Shown here: positions 1-6,820 of the stretch, piece by piece
Layout: every line of letters begins with the position of its first letter
How positions within the stretch are numbered: position 1 is the first letter of the stretch
From: Hyphomicrobiales bacterium
GTDB lineage: Bacteria > Pseudomonadota > Alphaproteobacteria > Rhizobiales > Beijerinckiaceae
Assembly (NCBI GenBank): GCA_043784745.1
Contig: JAYVYA010000040.1
Location: 1-28,986, forward strand
Length of the DNA: 28,986 nt
Direction: 5' to 3'
Translations under genes and position numbers: made by a program
Notes under the pieces: model-generated
Seen by the model: only the letters and a program-made list of their open reading frames with translations
Databases searched by the model: none
What the model was told of the DNA's origin: nothing

Positions 1-2
1 GT

Positions 3-143
3 GAAAATCAAATGGCAGCCGTTGATGCTGGCATTGAACGCGGGCTGGCGGATGTTGCGGCTGGGCGAGTAGTTGCGGGGCATGAAGTATTTGACCGGCT
101 GGAAGCAAAATACGCCGCCCTGGCGGACTTTGTGAGGCAATGA
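3..143 (+). CDS. 3' end of a ParD/CopG-like type II antitoxin (truncated by window edge)
   Basis: Frame 3 reads ENQMAAVDAGIERGLADVAAGRVVAGHEVFDRLEAKYAALADFVRQ*. The 'RGLAD..AGRVV...EVFDRLEAKY' tail is typical of ParD-family antitoxins. Not in the ORF track; translated by hand. Confidence 0.62.
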   Translation, partial: ENQMAAVDAGIERGLADVAAGRVVAGHEVFDRLEAKYAALADFVRQ

Positions 144-202
144 AAATTAGTTTGCGTTCGCCCCTCGCTGCGATAGCCTTGGCGCGTGACCAAGGGGGAT
201 GA
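140..202 (+). pseudogene. Possible 20-codon remnant of the cognate ParE/RelE-type toxin
   Basis: The ATG overlaps the antitoxin stop (ATGA, 140-143). It reads MKISLRSPLAAIALARDQGG*, which only loosely resembles the 'MK..LSPLA..DL' start of ParE toxins. Confidence 0.22.
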
Positions 203-256
203 CATGGGCCGGTCGGCGGTGGGGGAAGAAGGGATTGCAGAAAAGCGAGGGTAGTT

Positions 257-691
257 ATGCCAAAGAACATTATTCACTTGTGCTTGATCGTTTTTGGGCT
301 GGCCGTCGCGCCTTCGCTCTCTCGTGCCGCGCCTCTAAAATCAGAAGTTATGCAATATCAGATTTTTGATATTTTTGAGATTGCCGCTGATCCTTTTGCA
401 AACCGCCCTGCTAGCGCAAAAAATATGAAAGCGATAGCCTTTGCATTAGAAGTTGCTGCAGAAGCCGATAAAAGGTGCTTCGCTCAAGGCATTCGCCAGC
501 ACAAATCCGGGATTGCTTCTGCAGAAATCGTTCTGAAGGCTAGTGGCAAAGAAATGGTAATAAAATCCCTAAGTGAGGCAATTGCAGATTTTATATTTCT
601 AACGAATTCAATGACGACAAATGAATTCTGTGATTGGGCATGGAAATTCTACGGGACTGAAAGTGGCCTTCGGATTTTGGAGAAGATGTAG
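257..691 (+). CDS. Hypothetical exported protein (144 aa), low GC
   Basis: GAGG-like RBS upstream. N-terminal signal-peptide pattern (MPKNIIHLCLIVFGLAVAPSLSRA-A). About 44% GC by hand count over 301-660. No family recognised. Confidence 0.7.
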   Translation: MPKNIIHLCLIVFGLAVAPSLSRAAPLKSEVMQYQIFDIFEIAADPFANRPASAKNMKAIAFALEVAAEADKRCFAQGIRQHKSGIASAEIVLKASGKEMVIKSLSEAIADFIFLTNSMTTNEFCDWAWKFYGTESGLRILEKM

Positions 692-744
692 TCCGCTGCC
701 GCCTCACCCGCCCGCCAGTGCTACGAGCTAAACACGGTGTAATT

Positions 745-1116
745 GGGTAGTGCCTCAGTTTGGAATTTTTAGATAACGCTTGATTTCCCTGTCTGAAATG
801 GTTGGATGCGTTGCACACTATCTAAGCCGGTTGCGAGGGACATGATGATTTGGCTTTTAGTATTTAATATATATGTCGCCCCGCCTACCTCCGTTGACTG
901 GAATGGTCCATGGAAGTTGGGCATATCGCGTTTAACGGAAACCAGATATCAATCCGAAGCTGCATGCAGAAACGCTGCAATTCAATTTATTGGAAAAATG
1001 CATGAATCCATGCTGGCGCCAATGCGGTTCAAATGCATAGCCGTTGAATCGTTGCTCCCAAAGGGGGCGTCGCGTTGAATTGTCAGGTTTCCGAATTTCA
1101 AACTGAGACATTCCCC
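745..1116. mobile_element. Non-autonomous cassette bounded by imperfect 23-bp inverted repeats, carrying one small gene
   Basis: 745-767 GGGTAGTGCCTCAGTTTGGAATT versus the reverse complement of 1094-1116, GGGGAATGTCTCAGTTTGAAATT: 19/23 identical. No transposase inside and no target duplication seen. Confidence 0.5.
842..1078 (+). CDS. Small hypothetical exported/membrane-anchored protein (78 aa, two Cys)
   Basis: RBS GAGGGA directly before ATGATG at 842. Hydrophobic N-terminus MMIWLLVFNIYVA. The 'YQSEAAC...RFKC' pattern suggests a disulfide pair. AT-rich. Confidence 0.68.
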   Translation: MMIWLLVFNIYVAPPTSVDWNGPWKLGISRLTETRYQSEAACRNAAIQFIGKMHESMLAPMRFKCIAVESLLPKGASR

Positions 1117-1123
1117 TTATCCC

Positions 1124-1483
1124 CTACCGCACCCGCACCCCGGCCAGATTGAGCGCCAAGCTGATAACCGCCGCCGCCAGCTTCCGGTGACAAGCCAGGG
1201 CCGATTGCGTCACGACGCGACCGGGCAAGCCTTGCGCCAGTCTCACGGGAACGGGCCGCCATTCTGATTTTCTCATCTCCAGCTCGCGCTCCAGCCGGAT
1301 CATGGCATTTGCCCGGATGGCGGCCCGCTTCACGTCATCCCCGGCGCTGGCAAGGCGCTGGTTCGCCCATGCGCAGACATCGCGCGCAATTTCTGATCGC
1401 AGATTTGCCCGTGCGGCATTTTCTGCTTTTGCGAGCGCTTCCGCGACAGACCGGCGGGCGGGGACGCCCGCGACCCCGGTGGC
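1124..1483 (-). other. Stop-free in-frame continuation (119 codons) downstream of the methyltransferase TAG
   Basis: Hand translation after the TAG at 1486-1484 gives ATGVAGVPARRSVAEALAKAENAARANLRSEIARD...LERELEMRKSEWRPVPVRLAQ...GVRVR*. It includes the 1124-1333 ORF in the same frame. Confidence 0.35.
1454..1476. repeat. Single REP-like palindrome
   Basis: GCGGGC-GGGGAC-GCCCGC-GACCC: 6-bp stem plus tail, same architecture as the copies at 10281-10377. Confidence 0.5.
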
Positions 1484-2239
1484 CTAATCCTCCACCGCCA
1501 CATCCATCAACTGCACCCCCCGCTCCCCGTCCCGCGCCAGCCCAGCCCGCACCACAATCTGGTAGACATGCGCGTATGGGCTCTGCGTCAGCGCGGCCTG
1601 TATGCCGGGCGGCATTCGCGCCCATTTTTCGGCCAGCTCCGTGCGCTCGGGCGGGCGCACCACAAATGCCGCCGCCTCCACCGCCAGCCCCGCCTCATCC
1701 AGCATCGCCTGAATATTGTGGATGCCGAAAAACCGTATGTGGGTTTTGTCCAGCAAACCCCATTCGCCATAGGCAAAATCTTCCTGCATCAGGCTGGCCA
1801 GCACGGTGCAATGGGCGGCGTGGGGGAGGGAGAGGAGGATCGCGCCATCCGGTTTCATCAGGCTTTTCATGTCTTTGAGCGTGCGCCAGGGGTCGTGGAG
1901 ATGCTCCAGCACATCGGTCGCCAGCACGCGGTCAAACGGGGCTTCGGCACCCAAAGCTGCCGCCCAGCCTGGGCTGTTGAGGTCCAGCGGGAGCACTTTG
2001 CGGCAAAAAGTCCGGAGCTTTGCCAAAGATACCGGGTTGGTCTCCACTGCCACCACGTCGCAGCCATTGGTCAGGGCCAGATGCCGGGTGATCGAGCCAG
2101 AACCCGCGCCAAGGTCCAACACCCAGCCCCCGCGCCCGGTCATGCGGATGACATGGGCGGCGGCGGAATCGCCGAAGAGGTCAACCGCGTAATCGTAGGC
2201 GCAGCAGGTGGTGAGATCGGGGACGGGGGAGGTCGACAT
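1484..2239 (-). CDS. Class I SAM-dependent methyltransferase (Methyltransf_23-like, of the type found with surface-glycan genes), 251 aa
   Basis: Motif I VLDLGAGSG, DVLEHLHDP and GLLDKTHIRFF. Start moved to the ATG at 2239, which has GGAG 6 nt upstream. Confidence 0.88.
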   Translation of the reverse strand: MSTSPVPDLTTCCAYDYAVDLFGDSAAAHVIRMTGRGGWVLDLGAGSGSITRHLALTNGCDVVAVETNPVSLAKLRTFCRKVLPLDLNSPGWAAALGAEAPFDRVLATDVLEHLHDPWRTLKDMKSLMKPDGAILLSLPHAAHCTVLASLMQEDFAYGEWGLLDKTHIRFFGIHNIQAMLDEAGLAVEAAAFVVRPPERTELAEKWARMPPGIQAALTQSPYAHVYQIVVRAGLARDGERGVQLMDVAVED

Positions 2240-2252
2240 AAGAGGCTCCATC

Positions 2253-2353
2253 CGGACCGCGCACTTCCAGTGCGCTCTTGCACTGCGGCGGCGCATGCCA
2301 AACCGGGCACAAATCAGGCAGTGGCACAAGGCGCACCGGAAGTGCGCGGTCCG
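2253..2353. repeat. Inverted REP doublet (REPIN-like)
   Basis: GGACC-GCGCAC-TTCCA-GTGCGC (2254-2275) and its inverted copy GCGCAC-CGGAA-GTGCGC-GGTCC (2331-2352), with a 55-nt spacer. The arms also share CACTGC/GCAGTG. Confidence 0.75.
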
Positions 2354-2361
2354 CTCGGCCC

Positions 2362-2940
2362 CTAATCCGTCGCGCGCTCCGCCAGCTGGCTGAACAGGTC
2401 GGCCTCACCCGTCTCCACGACGCCGATGAATGGCAATTGCCGGTACGAATGCGCCACATCCATGCCATAGCCCACCACAAAATGGTCGGGACACTGGAAG
2501 CCGACAAAATCGGGGTGGATTTGCACGGCGCGCTTGTGCGGCTTTTCCAGCATCACGCAGACGCCGACCTTGGCCGCCCCGCGCGCCGCAATCAAATCCT
2601 TGGCATAGGCCAGGGTGCGGCCGGATTCGAGGATATCATCGACCAAAAGCACTTCCCGGCCCATGACGTTGGAATCAATGTCCTTCAAAATCCGCACATG
2701 GCCGGAGGAAACAGTGCCGTCGAGATAGCTGGAGAGGTGGATGAATTCCACCTGCGGTTCCAGCCCCACCCGGTGCATGGCGCGGATCAAGTCCGCCGCA
2801 AACATGAACGAACCCTTGAGCACGGCCACCACCAGCAGGTTTTTGGGGGTCGTGGCCTTGATTTCAGCGGCCAGCCCCTCAATCCGGCGGGCAATCGCGG
2901 CTTCGTCATACAATACATTGATCCGGCGCACGGCAGTCAT
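2362..2940 (-). CDS. hpt: Hypoxanthine phosphoribosyltransferase
   Basis: VAVLKGSFMFAADL, PRPP-binding VLLVDDILESGRTL, and FVVGYGMD. Confidence 0.96.
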   Translation of the reverse strand: MTAVRRINVLYDEAAIARRIEGLAAEIKATTPKNLLVVAVLKGSFMFAADLIRAMHRVGLEPQVEFIHLSSYLDGTVSSGHVRILKDIDSNVMGREVLLVDDILESGRTLAYAKDLIAARGAAKVGVCVMLEKPHKRAVQIHPDFVGFQCPDHFVVGYGMDVAHSYRQLPFIGVVETGEADLFSQLAERATD

Positions 2941-3692
2941 CGCCTGGCTTCCTTGGTTTTGGGCCTGTCGTCCTGAAACCGGACGACAACATCCCTGGCA
3001 TTGTCCGGCGGGGCGGCCAGCCGGGCGCGAAACGCGATTGTTTCGCCCGAATTGAGTTTGGCCTGCGGGGCCGGTGTCGTCCAGCTATAAATCCCGTTTT
3101 TGTCCGCGCCGCGCACAGATACCAGCAGCAGGGGCAGGCTGGCTTCGGTGCGGGTGATATTGGCGATATCCCCTTCAATCGCCAGCACGCGCTGCGCACC
3201 CTCGCCAATGAGTGTGGAAGTAACATGCCGCAATTCCAGCCCGCGCAGGTTAACCGGCAGGCCAATGCCGGCATAGAGGCTGGCGGTGGCAGGCAGGTGC
3301 CGGACGATGGCGGCGCGTGCGCCAAGGACCGTCATGCTGGCAGCCAGGGCCAGCGCACCGGCGACGAGGCCCAGCGGAAGGCGCGGCAATGGGCGGCGGC
3401 GGGCGGGTTTTGCCGGGGGTGGCGCAGGCTGGGTGCCGTATAATTCCTCATAGCAGGGTGCCGTTGAACGCTCGCTGGTGGCATCGCCGCTGATCTCGAT
3501 GCCCGCATGTGGTTCTTCTGCCAGGTTCAGCGGGCGGGCGCGGCAATCGTCGATGGCATCCTGCGGCACGTCGCTGGCACTGGCGTGCCACACTTCCCGG
3601 CAACCGGCGCAACGCATCTTGCGCCCGCGTTTACCAAGGCTGGCGCGCCCTATGTGGTAGGAGCGGGCGCAATGGGGGCAGTCAATCAGCAT
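2937..3692 (-). CDS. MJ0042-type zinc-ribbon / DUF3426 bitopic membrane protein (ZitP-like), 251 aa
   Basis: Start at MLIDCPHC, second knuckle MRCAGC, Pro-rich linker, one TM (LPLGLVAGALALAASMTVLGA) and an Ig-like C-terminus (IEGDIAN...FRARL..PP). Divergent from ftsE and overlaps hpt by 4 nt. Confidence 0.85.
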   Translation of the reverse strand: MLIDCPHCARSYHIGRASLGKRGRKMRCAGCREVWHASASDVPQDAIDDCRARPLNLAEEPHAGIEISGDATSERSTAPCYEELYGTQPAPPPAKPARRRPLPRLPLGLVAGALALAASMTVLGARAAIVRHLPATASLYAGIGLPVNLRGLELRHVTSTLIGEGAQRVLAIEGDIANITRTEASLPLLLVSVRGADKNGIYSWTTPAPQAKLNSGETIAFRARLAAPPDNARDVVVRFQDDRPKTKEARR

Positions 3693-3756
3693 TGCAGGAT
3701 CACCACAGGCGCAAATCGCGCAGAACGGGAATGAAACCGCATCAGACGGGTTTATG

Positions 3757-3772
3757 GTTAAGGCGGCGTTAA
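3757..3772 (-). promoter_or_regulatory. CtrA binding site (full consensus TTAA-N7-TTAAC)
   Basis: The minus strand reads TTAA-CGCCGCC-TTAAC. It lies between the divergent zinc-ribbon gene (start 3692) and ftsE (start 3862). A GANTC site (GAATC) is at 3827-3831. Confidence 0.75.
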
Positions 3773-3861
3773 GCGCGGCGCTGCCAGATAGCCAAAACCC
3801 GCGTGCGCCTGCATGCTGCGCGCTGCGAATCACTTTGGACCGCCATTAGCGGAGATAAACT

Positions 3862-4524
3862 TTGGTCCGCTTTGAAAATGTCGGGCTGCGCTATGGCATG
3901 GGGGCGGAAATCCTGCGGGATATCAGCTTTGCCATCGAGCGGCAGTCGTTCCAGTTTTTGACCGGGCCTTCGGGCGCGGGCAAGACCACCTTGCTGCGCC
4001 TGATGCTGCTGGCGCTAAAGCCGACACGCGGCACTATTACCCTGTTTGGCTCGGATGTGACGACGCTGGACAAGGACGCCATCACCGGCCTGCGGCGCCG
4101 CATTGGCGTGGTGTTTCAGGATTTCCGGCTGATGGACCACCTCACCACCTATGAAAACGTCGCTCTCCCGCTGCGGGTGCAGGGACGGGACGAGGCGGGC
4201 TACCGGTCCGAAGTGGTGGAGCTGTTGCGCTGGGTGGGGCTGGGCGAGCGGATGCATGTGCTGCCCCCCGTGCTGTCGGGCGGCGAAAAGCAGCGCGCCG
4301 CCATTGCCCGCGCGCTGATCGTGCGGCCCGAAATGCTGCTGGCGGATGAGCCGACCGGCAATGTCGATCCCACCCTCGCCCGCCGTCTGCTGCGGCTGTT
4401 TGCCGAATTGCACCGCTCCGGTACGGCTGTGGTCATCGCCACCCATGATCTGGGCCTGATGGACCAGTTTGACGGCGCGCGGCGGCTGGTGCTGGGCGAC
4501 AGCCGCCTGCACATTTACGATTGA
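3862..4524 (+). CDS. ftsE: Cell division ATP-binding protein FtsE
   Basis: TTG start with GGAG RBS. Walker A GPSGAGKT, GVVFQDFRL, signature LSGGEKQR, LLADEPTGNVD, IATHD. Confidence 0.95.
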   Translation: MVRFENVGLRYGMGAEILRDISFAIERQSFQFLTGPSGAGKTTLLRLMLLALKPTRGTITLFGSDVTTLDKDAITGLRRRIGVVFQDFRLMDHLTTYENVALPLRVQGRDEAGYRSEVVELLRWVGLGERMHVLPPVLSGGEKQRAAIARALIVRPEMLLADEPTGNVDPTLARRLLRLFAELHRSGTAVVIATHDLGLMDQFDGARRLVLGDSRLHIYD

Positions 4525-4539
4525 GGGCGGGATTCTTCC

Positions 4540-5508
4540 ATGAAAATTCCCGGCTTACGCTATCTGGCATCCAAATCTGGCGGGGGCGACGGGCCTGCCG
4601 GCGAAAACCTGCGCCCGGACATGCCGCTGGTGCCGCCGCGCTCCATTGCCGGGCGGGCGTTGGTGACGGTGATTGCGATCATGACCTTTCTGGCCTCCCT
4701 CACGGCGGGCGGAGCGCTGCTGATCGGCGGGGCGTCGGAAGGCTGGCGCGACTCGGTCTCGCGCGAGATTACCATTCAGGTGCGCCCGGTGGCCGGGCAT
4801 GATCTGGAAGCCGAGGCGCGCAAGGCCGGCGAGATTGCCCGGGAATTGCCTGGGATTGCCGATGTCAGGGTTTACACCAAAGAAGAATCCGCCCGCCTGC
4901 TGGAGCCATGGCTCGGCTCGGGGCTGGACCTTGGGGAATTGCCGGTGCCGCGATTGATCGTGGTGACGCGGGTGCCCGGCGGCAAGGCGGATCTGGCGGC
5001 CCTTCGCAAATCGCTGGCCGAAAAAGTGCCCGCTTCCAGCCTTGATGATCACCGGCTGTGGCTGGAGCGGCTGGCGGTGATGGCCAATACCATCGAGATT
5101 GGCGCGGTGCTGATTTTTGTGCTGATGCTGGTGGCCATGGCGCTGGCCGTTTCGTTTGCCACGCATGGCGCGATGGCGGGCAACCGCGCGATCATTGACG
5201 TGCTGCATTTTGCCGGAGCGCAGGACCGTTTTGTGGCGCGCGAATTCCAGCGGCATTTCCTGCGGCTGGGGCTGACCGGCGGGCTGGTCGGGGCGGGCGG
5301 GGCGATGGCGATTTTCGCGCTCTCCGGCGTGCTCTCGGCCTGGTTTGTGGCGACGCCGGGCGGGGACCAGGTCGAGGCCCTGTTTGGCAGTTTTGCTCTC
5401 GGCTGGACGGGTTATGCCGCCATCCTCGCAATTGCGCTGGGGATTGGGGCGCTGACCGCCCTGATTTCGCGCTCCATCGTGTTTCGGCATTTGCGCAGTT
5501 TGTATTGA
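4540..5508 (+). CDS. ftsX: Cell division permease FtsX
   Basis: Directly after ftsE. TM1 (ALVTVIAIMTFLASL), periplasmic domain with LLEPWLG and PVPRLI, VLHFAGAQDRFVAREF, and three C-terminal TMs. Confidence 0.93.
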   Translation: MKIPGLRYLASKSGGGDGPAGENLRPDMPLVPPRSIAGRALVTVIAIMTFLASLTAGGALLIGGASEGWRDSVSREITIQVRPVAGHDLEAEARKAGEIARELPGIADVRVYTKEESARLLEPWLGSGLDLGELPVPRLIVVTRVPGGKADLAALRKSLAEKVPASSLDDHRLWLERLAVMANTIEIGAVLIFVLMLVAMALAVSFATHGAMAGNRAIIDVLHFAGAQDRFVAREFQRHFLRLGLTGGLVGAGGAMAIFALSGVLSAWFVATPGGDQVEALFGSFALGWTGYAAILAIALGIGALTALISRSIVFRHLRSLY

Positions 5509-5566
5509 GCAGGCAATATCAGGGGCGGTGCCTTGAGTCGGGTGCCGGACGATTTGCCGGGATCCC

Positions 5567-6820
5567 ATGCGCTTCACTTTCATCCACGCCGCTGACCTGC
5601 ACCTTGGTTCGCCGTTGGCCGCGCTGGGCCTGCGGGATGCGGAGGTGGGGGCGCGCTTTGCTGCGGCGGGCCGCGCGGCGGTCAAGGCGCTGGTCGATGA
5701 GGCGATCAACTCGCAGGCCGCGTTTCTGATCATCGCCGGGGATGTGTTTGACGGGGACTGGCGTGATGTGGCCACCGGCCTGTTTATGGTGAGCCAATTG
5801 TCGCGGCTGTCGCGGGAGGGCATTCCGGTCTATCTGGTCAAGGGCAACCATGATGCCGACAGCGAGGTGTCGCGCAATCTGGCCTGGCCCTCCGGCACTA
5901 GTGTGTTTGGCTTCCGCAAGGCGGAGACATTTTTGCTGGAGAGCCACAATGTGGCGCTGCATGGCCGCAGCTACAAACACCGCGAGCCGGAAAAGGGGTT
6001 TGCCGCCAGCTATCCCGCACACAAGCCGGGTTGGCTCAACATCGGCATTCTGCACACGGCGCTGGATGGCGCGCGCGGCGACCATGTGGCCTATGCGCCC
6101 TGCACCATCCCGCAACTGCAGGGCTTTGGCTATGATTACTGGGCTTTGGGCCATATCCACCAGCCGCAAATCGTCTCTCAGGACCCGTGGATGGTCTATC
6201 CCGGCAATATTCAGGGCCGCTCGGTGCGCGAGACCGGGGCGCGGGGCGCGATGCGGGTAAGTGTCGAGGACGGGCGGATTGCCTCCGTCGTGCCCATTGT
6301 TCTGGATGCCGCGCGCTGGGCGCATGAGCGGGTGGATGTGAGCGGCTGCGCGGATGAAGGCGAGCTGGTCCGGGCGGTAGAAGCCGCGATGGCGGCAGTG
6401 CATCGGGCCGCAGAGGCGCGGCCTGTTGCCGTGCGCCTGACCCTGCACGGCACGCACCCGCTGCACGCCCGGCTGACTGCCCGCCACGAAGAATATCATG
6501 CCGACCTGCGCCAGCGCGGCACGCATTTGGCTGAGGATTTCTGGCTGGAAAAGCTGGTGCTGGAAACGCGCTCTCCGGCGGTGCGGGCGGCGCTGGCGGA
6601 AGCGGACGGGCTGGATGTGGCAGCCCTGCTGGATGCCAGCCTGCTGGAGCCGGAGATGGCGAAGGCAGCGGGGGAAGATATTGCGGCGCTGGCTGGCAAG
6701 CTGCGTCCTGAAATGAAAGAGGAATGGCTGAAGGACGAAACGTTGCCCGCCCGCATTCTGGCGCAAGCGCGCGATTTGCTGGCCGCCCGGCTGGAAACTG
6801 AAGGCGCAGGGGCAATATGA
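5567..6820 (+). CDS. Mre11/SbcD-like metallophosphoesterase exonuclease (YhaO family)
   Basis: All five calcineurin-like motifs are present: ADLHLG, AGDVFD, KGNHD, GILHT, WALGHIH. Also YPGNIQGRS. Confidence 0.92.
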   Translation: MRFTFIHAADLHLGSPLAALGLRDAEVGARFAAAGRAAVKALVDEAINSQAAFLIIAGDVFDGDWRDVATGLFMVSQLSRLSREGIPVYLVKGNHDADSEVSRNLAWPSGTSVFGFRKAETFLLESHNVALHGRSYKHREPEKGFAASYPAHKPGWLNIGILHTALDGARGDHVAYAPCTIPQLQGFGYDYWALGHIHQPQIVSQDPWMVYPGNIQGRSVRETGARGAMRVSVEDGRIASVVPIVLDAARWAHERVDVSGCADEGELVRAVEAAMAAVHRAAEARPVAVRLTLHGTHPLHARLTARHEEYHADLRQRGTHLAEDFWLEKLVLETRSPAVRAALAEADGLDVAALLDASLLEPEMAKAAGEDIAALAGKLRPEMKEEWLKDETLPARILAQARDLLAARLETEGAGAI

